NCBI GenBank assembly: GCA_964639285.1
Contig: CAZXCI010000003.1
Span: 31,187-95,186, forward strand
Length of the DNA stretch: 64,000 nt
Direction of reading: 5' to 3'
DNA from: an uncultured Candidatus Saccharibacteria bacterium
GTDB taxonomy: Bacteria; Patescibacteriota; Minisyncoccia; Phycocordibacterales; XYD1-FULL-46-19
The position numbers and the translations under genes are program-made. Positions 36,281 through 44,472 of this stretch are shown here, piece after piece. The notes beneath the pieces are model-generated. The model saw nothing but the letters and a program-made list of their open reading frames with translations. It was not told where the DNA came from and did not search any database. Numbering within the stretch: the stretch's first letter is position 1; each line of letters starts with the position of its first letter.

Positions 36281-36973
36281 TTAATTACTGACAAAAATCT
36301 GGATTTTTTCGTTATCAGCAAAAGTTACCTTATTTAAAACAAAGAATTGGTTTAGCGTTTCGATAGATTTGATGAAGTCTGAATAATCATGGTTGAAGGT
36401 CTGGCTATTTTCCAGAGCGAGAGTCGGCTGAGACAAGGCTTGTTCCATATTCTTAAGACGACTGACAAGCAGATTTATTTGACTGACGATTTTGAAATGG
36501 CGGCTGGCCAATTCCTTGGGAACGGGAATTTTTGTCAGACTTAGAGCTACCTGCTCGTGGAGAATCCTAGAGAAGGTTACTGATTTGATGAACGAACCGT
36601 CATTTTTATCAATGGCCGACAGCACGGCCCTGGCCTCACTCTCTCTCCTCCCGCTTAGGGGTTTGAAGGTCTCGGCCAGACGAAGTCCGTAGGTTCGGAA
36701 GTCTTGCGGACTGCTTACTCCAGTAGTCGAACTAGCGATGATCGGTTTCTCGGCCAATTGACTGATCGAGACATTTGTTTTATTGGAGGAGAGTTCCTGT
36801 CGAGAGAGGTCCTCGAGGTTCTTATGTTTTTCTAAAATGTCGCTTAGATAAGCTTGTCGTTTTTTTTCTTCTCTGGATTTTTTTTGATGGCCGACAAACC
36901 ATAAAGAGACAATGGTAAGTACCACTAAAACAATCACTAGCCGTATCACATTTTTGCTTGGTAAATGGGCCAA
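36281..36973 (-). CDS. Membrane-anchored hypothetical protein (230 aa), first gene of the T4SS-like operon
   Basis: N-terminal TM (LVIVLVVLTIVSLWFV), coiled-coil-like remainder. Confidence 0.45.
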   Translation of the reverse strand: MAHLPSKNVIRLVIVLVVLTIVSLWFVGHQKKSREEKKRQAYLSDILEKHKNLEDLSRQELSSNKTNVSISQLAEKPIIASSTTGVSSPQDFRTYGLRLAETFKPLSGRRESEARAVLSAIDKNDGSFIKSVTFSRILHEQVALSLTKIPVPKELASRHFKIVSQINLLVSRLKNMEQALSQPTLALENSQTFNHDYSDFIKSIETLNQFFVLNKVTFADNEKIQIFVSN

Positions 36974-37058
36974 CTGTACTCAATATTATATAACGGTCAG
37001 CTACTTTATGCACTGAAAAAAGGTGGATAAATAAACAATTTTAATCTATTATTTAGGG

Positions 37059-38096
37059 ATGAGAAATTTTTTTTTAATTTTTCTAATTTTGTTGATGGTT
37101 CTTCTGTCTTTCCCTACTCCCTCTTCCGCTCAAGTTCTGCCTTTTGGTGGGAAAATCCTCTATACAGACTGGTGTTCTTGTTCAATGAATTTACTCATTT
37201 ATTATTTGCGGGTTCGCGATTTCATGCCTCAACTTCTCTCTTATCGGGTCGGAGGGAGTAAGCTGTATTCTTATTATAATCTTACCGAGGGGATGGAGAT
37301 CTTGGGGACGACCGTTTCTCCTGATGTTTGTTTGACAGGATCACATTGCCATCCTCATCCTCTTGTCGCGGCCATGGGAACTCCTTGGCTAATTAGTATT
37401 GTCGGGACTTCTGACCCTTCTCATCGAGCCTCTGGCTCTGGCTCTGGCTCCGGTTCGGGCTCAGGTACAGGTACAGGGACAGACACGGGGACAACTGGCC
37501 CCACTTCGACCACGACCCCAGACGGAGCTCCTCCTTGTTCTAGTGATGCTGACCGTCTCGCTTCTAGTTATATTATGGCCAATGAGGGTTGGAGTAATTC
37601 CTGTTATCCCGATGCCGGAGGACGCTCGGTTGGAGTTGGCCACTTCATCACTCCTGGGGACGGGATTGATTGTAGCCGTCCTCTCTCAGATGCTGAAGTC
37701 CAAGAGCTCTTTGAAGAAGATTATCCTCAATATCGGGCTGATGCTGAAGCTTCAGCCGCTCGTAACGGTGTCGATTGGGATGCTTTGTCGCCAGAGCGAC
37801 AGGCGGTGCTCACTGATATGGCTTACAATATGGGAGCTGAAGGGGGAGGGGGGCTGAACGGCTTCACTGAGATGTGGGGGGCGATAAGACAAGCTCAATC
37901 AACCAGTGGGACCCAAAGTCAGCATCATTGGAATACGGCTGGTGATGAAATTATCGAGACTACGACACCTTATGGACAAGGTGCTCGAGCCGGGCGAAAC
38001 AGGACAATAATGAGGACGAATGGTAGTTCGACCATCAATCGCCAAGTTAATTCCGATCCTCACGCTAGAAATTATTGCGCTGAAGAGACAACTTAG
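37059..38096 (+). CDS. Secreted GH24 (phage/T4-type) lysozyme-like muramidase with an N-terminal Cys/His-containing domain and a (SG)n/(TG)n/Thr-rich linker; candidate VirB1/PrgK-type cell-wall hydrolase
   Basis: Signal peptide; linker SGSGSGSGSGSGTGTGTDTGTTGPTSTTTPDG; C-terminal domain ANEGWSNSCYPDAGGRSVGVGHFIT...LSDAEVQELFEEDY...NGVDWDALSPERQAVLTDMAYNMGAEGGGGLNGFTEMW parallels T4 lysozyme (EGYYTIGIGHLLT...KDEAEKLFNQD...[31 protein letters not shown]). Confidence 0.65.
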   Translation: MRNFFLIFLILLMVLLSFPTPSSAQVLPFGGKILYTDWCSCSMNLLIYYLRVRDFMPQLLSYRVGGSKLYSYYNLTEGMEILGTTVSPDVCLTGSHCHPHPLVAAMGTPWLISIVGTSDPSHRASGSGSGSGSGSGTGTGTDTGTTGPTSTTTPDGAPPCSSDADRLASSYIMANEGWSNSCYPDAGGRSVGVGHFITPGDGIDCSRPLSDAEVQELFEEDYPQYRADAEASAARNGVDWDALSPERQAVLTDMAYNMGAEGGGGLNGFTEMWGAIRQAQSTSGTQSQHHWNTAGDEIIETTTPYGQGARAGRNRTIMRTNGSSTINRQVNSDPHARNYCAEETT

Positions 38097-38497
38097 GGCA
38101 AGACCCCAGCGTTTATTTCTAAAGCAAAACTAATTTTTTGGGGTGGGTAGATTACTTGTGGGTAAGAGCTTGGTTCAAAATTCTTTTCTATCCCGATAAT
38201 TTTTTTGTTTTCGTCAAGCCAAACAATATCAATAGGGAAATTCATGTCTTTCATCCAGAAACCAGGCTGGCTTGGTTGATCGAAGACGAAGAGCAGGCCG
38301 TGATCTCTGGGGAGACTCTTCCGGCCAGAGAGACCGAGAGTCTTCTTTGCTTTGGTATTGGCCACTTCGGCGGTGAAGGTCCTTGAGCCGATTTTTATTT
38401 TAGTAGTCTGATAATTGTCGAAACTATGTTGTCTCAGACCAAGACAAAGCCCGATAAGAAAAATAACGACAAAACTCCAAAGAATTATTTTTTTCAT
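38093..38497 (-). CDS. DUF192 (COG1430) family secreted protein
   Basis: AEVANTKAKKTLGLSGRKSLPRDHGLLFVFDQPSQPGFWMKDMNFPIDIVWLDENKKIIGI...ALEINAG matches the DUF192 signature. Confidence 0.6.
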   Translation of the reverse strand: MKKIILWSFVVIFLIGLCLGLRQHSFDNYQTTKIKIGSRTFTAEVANTKAKKTLGLSGRKSLPRDHGLLFVFDQPSQPGFWMKDMNFPIDIVWLDENKKIIGIEKNFEPSSYPQVIYPPQKISFALEINAGVLP

Positions 38498-38501
38498 CTT
38501 T

Positions 38502-39326
38502 TTATTCTTTATTTATTTGTTTATCATTTATCTCTTTTGCCAAACATTCCCAATTCTCAAGACTTAAGTTTTCGGCCCGGGCTCTTGGTGGAACTTGGCA
38601 TGCCTGGAGAGTGGCCTCTTCTACTTCGAGATTACTCTTGAGTAGTTTTCGCTTTTGTTTGAAGCCTTTTTTCAAAATTTCAAAAAATGTTTTTTCTTTG
38701 ATCTCGCTAAAGAAATCACGAGAAATATTTTCGATTAGGAGAATAGCTGAATCAACTTTTGGTTTGGGTTCGAAGGCTCCCGCCGGGACAGTTTTAACAT
38801 ATTTGGGGGTACCATAAACTTTGACCGAGATCGAGAGGAGAGATTCTTTTTTATCGCTGGCGATAATTCTCTTGGCCACCTCCTTCTGTATCATCAGGAC
38901 CATTCGGCCTGGCTGGCATTCTTCTTCGCTCAAGAATTTCCTGATTACTTGGCCGGTGATGTAGTAAGGAATATTGGCCACTAATTTGTAATTTTTCTCC
39001 GAGAAAAGTTTCGAGGCGTTGACTGTCAGGATATCGCCGTGAGCGATAAACATTTTTTTGTCATTTATTTCAGGCGCAAATTCTTCAAGTAAGTGATCGA
39101 GGAGTTCATCGTCCTTCTCGACGGCGAGAACCTGAGCCCCTGTCTCGATTAGGGCGCGAGTGAGGGCGCCTCTTCCTGGTCCAATCTCTAGGACTTCCTC
39201 CCCCTCCTTCAAGTCAGCTGTCTTGATGATTTCTCTAATTGCACTTTCTGATTTTAGCCAATTTTGCCCTAGGGATTTCTTGGCTCGGGGCTTCGTCTCT
39301 AAGTTTTTATTTTCTTCTTTCTCCAT
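38502..39326 (-). CDS. rsmA: 16S rRNA (adenine1518/1519-N6)-dimethyltransferase
   Basis: LGQNWLKSESAIREI, SAM-binding LEIGPGRGALT, NIPY motif. Confidence 0.85.
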   Translation of the reverse strand: MEKEENKNLETKPRAKKSLGQNWLKSESAIREIIKTADLKEGEEVLEIGPGRGALTRALIETGAQVLAVEKDDELLDHLLEEFAPEINDKKMFIAHGDILTVNASKLFSEKNYKLVANIPYYITGQVIRKFLSEEECQPGRMVLMIQKEVAKRIIASDKKESLLSISVKVYGTPKYVKTVPAGAFEPKPKVDSAILLIENISRDFFSEIKEKTFFEILKKGFKQKRKLLKSNLEVEEATLQACQVPPRARAENLSLENWECLAKEINDKQINKE

Positions 39327-39434
39327 TTCTCTAATTATGCCCTAAATAATCTTTTTTAGACAGAGGCTTGTTAAACTCCTGTCCTTTGCGATATAATCGA
39401 GGTATTAAAAGTCTTAATTTAAAATATAAATAAT

Positions 39435-39647
39435 ATGTTAAATGATATGGAAGGAACTCCTAACTTAGAAAATCCGGCTGAAATACAGAAAGTTATCGAG
39501 AGGACAAAGGCCGAGATTGATGAAATTTGCACCGAGTTAGAAGGAAAGAACAAAGAGCAAGAAGTTCTCTTGGCGTCTCTCAAAAAGGCGACCACCGAAT
39601 TAGCTAGGCTCATAAGCGTCTTAGAAGGGTTTCTCCCTTCTGCCTAG
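39435..39647 (+). CDS. Hypothetical 70-aa coiled-coil protein
   Basis: Clean ORF exactly filling the gap between two minus-strand genes; no family recognised. Confidence 0.3.
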   Translation: MLNDMEGTPNLENPAEIQKVIERTKAEIDEICTELEGKNKEQEVLLASLKKATTELARLISVLEGFLPSA

Positions 39648-39653
39648 AGCTTG

Positions 39654-41570
39654 TCAGACTATCGTCCAGAGGCCGGATTCGGCCTCAATGAGGTTCTCCT
39701 CGATATCGAAGATAAATTCGGACGGCATATTGACGCGACGTTGACCGAAAACCTGGCGAGTTTGAGCGTAAGAAAGATAGAGCTTGTGGCGGGCTCGAGT
39801 AATCGCCACGTAGAAAAGTCGGCGTTCTTCCTCGCCGTCTTTTTTGCTATCGCTTAAGCCGGCGTGCGGGAAGAGGTCCTGTTCGAGACCAGTGACGAAG
39901 ACATAATCAAATTCAAGCCCTTTGGCTGCGTGGACAGTCATTAATTTTACTCCAACCTTCGGCTGGTCGAGCTCGTCTTGGTCTGTTGCCAGAGCAATCT
40001 CGGTCATCATGGCCTCTATCGCCTCTTCTGGCTCTAAGTTGTCATATTTGGTGGCGACACTGACTAATTCTTTAATATTTTCTAATCTTTCTAATCCTTC
40101 TTCGCCGTCTTCCCTTAGACTTTTTTCTAGGCCGGTTTGGGTGAGGATAAATTTTATTAACTCAGAGGGTTTATTACTTAGAGCAAAATCTCCAATCTCG
40201 CTCACGATTTTCTTAAATTGGGAGATTTTCTGTCTCATCGTCGCTGGCAATTCTTCGAATTGTCCGCTGGCCAATTTAAGGAGCGTTATTTTACCAATGC
40301 CTCGAGCGGGTATATTGATGACACGTTTTGCACTTTCCCAATCATCAGGGTTAAGACTAACTCTAATGAAGGCGACGATATCTTTGACCTCTTTGCGTTC
40401 GAAGAAGCGGGTGCCGAGTACTTGGTAGGGCACATTTTCTCGAAGGCAAGCCTCTTCAAGCACTCGGGATTGGAAATTGGCTCGATATAATACAGCAATC
40501 TCGTTTGGGTGTGTTTCTTCCCCGATCAATTCCTTAGCTTTCTGGGCGACAAAACCAGCTTCATCCCCCTCCTCCATACCGGTATAGAGTCCGATTTTGG
40601 CCCCGGCTTTATTTTTAGTAAAAAGTTTTTTCTCGTGACGTTTTTTGTTTTTTTCAATGATTTGGTTAGCGGCAGTGAGGATTGTTTGGGTCGAGCGATA
40701 ATTTTCTTCAAGCAGAACAATTTTGGCCTTAGGATAATCTTTCTCAAAATGAAGAAGGTTGGTGAAGTCGGCTCCGCGCCAGCCGTAGATAGATTGGTCC
40801 ATGTCCCCTACCACACAGATATTCTTTTCTTTGTGGGCTAGAAGATTGGTTAGTTCGTACTGGATAACGTTGGTGTCTTGGTACTCATCGACGTGGATAT
40901 AGTGGAAACGGTCTTGGTAATGAGCGAGAACGTCAGGATTCTTTTTAAGAAGTTCCACGGTCTTTAGCAGGAGATCGTCGAAGTCGAGGGCTTTGTTGGT
41001 CCTTAATAATTCTTCATATCTGGCCCAGACTTGGCTAATAACTCTGGCAAAAGGATTATTCGAATTACTATTCTGGAATTCTTGCTGGCTAATGTTGTCT
41101 CCTTTTTGGCGAGAAATAGTGTTGAGCACCTTCCTTGGCTCATATCTCTTCTCGTCAAGACTCATGGCACGCATTGCCTCTTTAACCTTAGAGATTGAGT
41201 CGTCACGGTCGAGAATTGAGAAGTGGTGAGAGAGCCCAAGTCGGTCGCCATGGTGTCTTAATATATAGACTCCGAGAGAGTGGAAGGTGGTTACCATGGG
41301 TTCAACCCTTACTCGCCCCTCCAAGAGTTTAGTTACTCGTTCGCGCATTTCGCGCGCCGCCTTGTTGGTGAAGGTGATGGCCAAGATATTCTCGGGTTTA
41401 ATCCCTGACTCAATAAGGTGCAAGATGCGATAGGTGATGGTTCGTGTTTTGCCCGCGCCAGCACCAGCAATGACTAATAAGGGCCCGTCTTGATGCAAGA
41501 CAGCCTCCTTCTGTGGTGGATTTAATTGGTCAAGATAAGACATAAAATGTTTTAATTGATAGACGAGCAA
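39654..41570 (-). CDS. pcrA: ATP-dependent DNA helicase, UvrD/PcrA/Rep family (638 aa)
   Basis: LNPPQKEAVLHQDGPLLVIAGAGAGKTRTITYRILHLI helicase motif I, motifs II-VI (VDEYQDTN, TFHSLG ... VHAAKGLEFD). Confidence 0.85.
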   Translation of the reverse strand: MLVYQLKHFMSYLDQLNPPQKEAVLHQDGPLLVIAGAGAGKTRTITYRILHLIESGIKPENILAITFTNKAAREMRERVTKLLEGRVRVEPMVTTFHSLGVYILRHHGDRLGLSHHFSILDRDDSISKVKEAMRAMSLDEKRYEPRKVLNTISRQKGDNISQQEFQNSNSNNPFARVISQVWARYEELLRTNKALDFDDLLLKTVELLKKNPDVLAHYQDRFHYIHVDEYQDTNVIQYELTNLLAHKEKNICVVGDMDQSIYGWRGADFTNLLHFEKDYPKAKIVLLEENYRSTQTILTAANQIIEKNKKRHEKKLFTKNKAGAKIGLYTGMEEGDEAGFVAQKAKELIGEETHPNEIAVLYRANFQSRVLEEACLRENVPYQVLGTRFFERKEVKDIVAFIRVSLNPDDWESAKRVINIPARGIGKITLLKLASGQFEELPATMRQKISQFKKIVSEIGDFALSNKPSELIKFILTQTGLEKSLREDGEEGLERLENIKELVSVATKYDNLEPEEAIEAMMTEIALATDQDELDQPKVGVKLMTVHAAKGLEFDYVFVTGLEQDLFPHAGLSDSKKDGEEERRLFYVAITRARHKLYLSYAQTRQVFGQRRVNMPSEFIFDIEENLIEAESGLWTIV

Positions 41571-41597
41571 CTTATATCATAATATAATTAAAGACAT

Positions 41598-42029
41598 ATG
41601 AATAATCTTGAAAGTGAGATCGCTGAATTACAAAAAATGATCGAGGCCAAGCGCGATCAATTAGAGAAGGAGGTAGGCATTGTTGAAGAGAAGGAGTTGG
41701 TTCGTCAGTCGGTGCGAGAAATGTTTCTCGATACGACGACACCGCCTCTTTCTTCGTCGGCCAACCCTTTGCCTGCTCAAAGTCCCACCCCGGTTAGCAC
41801 GCCTTCGGTCAAAGTTCAGCCAAATTCTGCTAGCGCTAGTTACTTAGATTATCTCGATGCCGACACGACAGAGAAGATCAACCACTTGATCGAAGAGATT
41901 CCGGCTAAGGGTGTAGCTCTTGTCATTGACGAGGTCGCGGCACAGGAGCCTTTTGTCATCGACGCTTTCCATGATGCCCTTGTTGACAAGCTCTACGATG
42001 AGCTCAAGGCTCGTGGTTTAGTAAAATAA
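41598..42029 (+). CDS. Hypothetical protein (143 aa), 8 nt upstream of the coupling-ATPase gene
   Basis: N-terminal coiled coil, Pro/Ser-rich linker, C-terminal alpha-helical part; no family recognised. Confidence 0.45.
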   Translation: MNNLESEIAELQKMIEAKRDQLEKEVGIVEEKELVRQSVREMFLDTTTPPLSSSANPLPAQSPTPVSTPSVKVQPNSASASYLDYLDADTTEKINHLIEEIPAKGVALVIDEVAAQEPFVIDAFHDALVDKLYDELKARGLVK

Positions 42030-42036
42030 ATTAATA

Positions 42037-44400
42037 ATGCCCCCCCATCTAATTTTAAGTTTTGCAATTATTGTTGTCGTGGTCGCTGTGGCCGGTATTG
42101 TTCTTTGGTATAAGCGGAAGCATCGCCAATGGGAAAGTCTTAACCTCAAGATTCTTTCAATTAAGATTCCTCGGACCGGAAGCGAAGACAAAGTAGATTT
42201 TCTGAAGGAGATAAACTTGACCGAACAACTTTTTAATTCACTCTCTTCAATTAAACAGCCTTTTGTTTTTGAGCTGTCGGTTAAGAATGTGGGCGAAGAA
42301 ATTAATTTTTTCCTCTCGGTCCCTCGCTCGGTTGTTGATTTTGCTAAGCGGGAGATTCAAGGTCTCTTCTTAGACGCCAAGGTTGAGGAAGTTCCCGACT
42401 ACACCATCTTCCAACCGCAAGGGACGGCCGTGGCTGGTTATCTCGCCCTAGACAAAGAATATTTTTTACCGATCGGCACATACCAAGAGGCTCAAGCTGA
42501 TATTTTTGCCCCGATCCTAAGTACTTTATCTCGGGTTAATGAACGTGATGAGGGGGCTTCGGTTCAGATTGTCGTGCGCCCAGCTCCTGAGAAAACGAAA
42601 AAGACTCTCATTTGGGTCGCTGAAAAACTTAAAAGCGGGGCCAAGTTTTCCGATGTTTCTCGTCTTGGAAGCCTAAGTTTAAAAGATGTTAGTCAGGAGT
42701 GGAGTGGTAAACCAAAACCAAAGGAGGGGGAAGCCGGTCCCCCGCCCAAGATCGATGAAGAGATGGTCAAGGCGGTGGGACTTAAGCTGGCCAAACCGCT
42801 CTTCGAGGTTAATGTTCGTCTTGTTACCTCCTCGGTTGATGTTAACCGAGCGGAGGATATGTTTGTGGCTCTCTCGAGTGCTTTTTCTAAATTTTCTTCA
42901 CCGATTCGCAATGGTTTCAAAATTATCAAACCAAAGAAAAATCGTCACCTTGTCTTCAATTATGTCTTCCGTGATTTCAATCGTTATCAGACGATTGTTC
43001 TCAACACTGAAGAATTGGCCAGCATCTTCCACCTTCCAACTCACACTTCTGATGTCCCTAATGTCTCTTGGCTCCGGGCTAAGGAAGCCGCCCCTCCAGA
43101 AGTTATGCCCAAGGAAGGTCTCAAGTTGGGGGATAGTGTCTTCCGGGGAGCAATTAAAGAGGTTCGTTTGACCGACGAGGACCGTCGACGTCATCTCTAT
43201 GTTGTTGGGCAGACTGGTACTGGTAAATCTGTCTTGATTCAAAATTTGGCAATGCAAGACATGATTAATAATAAGGGTCTTTGCGTTATTGACCCTCATG
43301 GCGAGACAATTGAGAAGATCCTGGCTTACGTTCCTAAAGATCGGATTGACGATATTATTGTCTTCGACCCCGGTGATCGGGAGCGACCAATTGGGCTTAA
43401 TATGCTCGAATATGATTTTAACAAACCAGAAGAAAAAACCTTTATCGTTAATGAACTTCTGTCTATTTTTAATCAACTATTTGATAAGCAGGCGCTTGGA
43501 CCAATGTTTGAACGATATATGCGCGGAGCTCTCAATCTCTTAATGGACGATATGGTCAATGAACCGGCGACTTTGGTGGAAGTTCCCCGCGTTTTTACCG
43601 ATGACGAGTTTCGCAAGCGCAAATTAGCCCGCTCGCAAAATCAGCAAATCATCGATTTTTGGACAAAGGAAGTGCCTAAGACCTCGGGTGATCAGAGTCT
43701 TGGTAATTTTGCTCCCTACGTTTCGTCCAAATTTGATAATCTTATTTCCAATTCCTATATTCGCCCCATTATTGGACAACCCAAATCTTCTTTTGACTTC
43801 CGCCAAGCTATGGATGAAGGGAAGATTATTCTGGTAAACTTGTCTAAGGGTAAAGTTGGTGATCTCTCCTCATCTCTATTGGGCATGGTGATCGTAGGTA
43901 AAATTCTTAAAGCTGCTCTTTCTCGCGTTGATATTGCTGATGAGCGTTCTCGTCGGGATTTCTATCTCTATATTGATGAGTTCCAGAACTATACGACCGA
44001 ATCAATTGCTACTATTCTCTCTGAGGCCCGTAAATATCGGCTCAACCTTATTGTCGCCCATCAATTTATTGCTCAACTCAAAGACAACATTCGCGAGGCT
44101 GTATTCGGCAATGTGGGTAACATGATCTCCTTCCGAGTTGGCCCGCCTGACGCTGAGACCCTGGTTAAACATTTCGGTCCGGTCTTCAATGAGAAGGATC
44201 TCATTAGTATTGAGAATCTCAATGCTTTTACCAAGATTCTTGTCAATGGTGAACCGTCCAAACCTTTCAATATGAAGATTACTTGGCCCACGGGTGGCTC
44301 AGCCGTCGTTCGAGATGGTCTTAAGGAGCTCTCTCGCCTTCGTTTCGGCCAAGATCTCGACCAAATTGAGGAAGATATCCTTAAACGCCTGAGAGATTAA
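42037..44400 (+). CDS. Membrane-anchored type IV secretion coupling-protein-like ATPase (VirD4/TraG/TraD- or FtsK-like)
   Basis: N-terminal TM helix; Walker A HLYVVGQTGTGKSVLIQN; Walker B LYIDEFQNY; NLIVAHQ; overall 787-aa architecture typical of T4CPs. Confidence 0.55.
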   Translation: MPPHLILSFAIIVVVVAVAGIVLWYKRKHRQWESLNLKILSIKIPRTGSEDKVDFLKEINLTEQLFNSLSSIKQPFVFELSVKNVGEEINFFLSVPRSVVDFAKREIQGLFLDAKVEEVPDYTIFQPQGTAVAGYLALDKEYFLPIGTYQEAQADIFAPILSTLSRVNERDEGASVQIVVRPAPEKTKKTLIWVAEKLKSGAKFSDVSRLGSLSLKDVSQEWSGKPKPKEGEAGPPPKIDEEMVKAVGLKLAKPLFEVNVRLVTSSVDVNRAEDMFVALSSAFSKFSSPIRNGFKIIKPKKNRHLVFNYVFRDFNRYQTIVLNTEELASIFHLPTHTSDVPNVSWLRAKEAAPPEVMPKEGLKLGDSVFRGAIKEVRLTDEDRRRHLYVVGQTGTGKSVLIQNLAMQDMINNKGLCVIDPHGETIEKILAYVPKDRIDDIIVFDPGDRERPIGLNMLEYDFNKPEEKTFIVNELLSIFNQLFDKQALGPMFERYMRGALNLLMDDMVNEPATLVEVPRVFTDDEFRKRKLARSQNQQIIDFWTKEVPKTSGDQSLGNFAPYVSSKFDNLISNSYIRPIIGQPKSSFDFRQAMDEGKIILVNLSKGKVGDLSSSLLGMVIVGKILKAALSRVDIADERSRRDFYLYIDEFQNYTTESIATILSEARKYRLNLIVAHQFIAQLKDNIREAVFGNVGNMISFRVGPPDAETLVKHFGPVFNEKDLISIENLNAFTKILVNGEPSKPFNMKITWPTGGSAVVRDGLKELSRLRFGQDLDQIEEDILKRLRD

Positions 44401-44472
44401 GGTGCTTTTTCTAGATCTTGCCGAGGGGATAACTTGATTGAAAAAAGGCTCTTTTTGGGCTAAGATGCGAAG

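Noticed and set aside
37399-37857. 152-aa same-strand ORF nested in the lysozyme gene
   Set aside because: Alternative frame through the GC-rich (SG)n/(TG)n linker; the lysozyme frame has the signal peptide and a catalytic domain parallel to T4 lysozyme.
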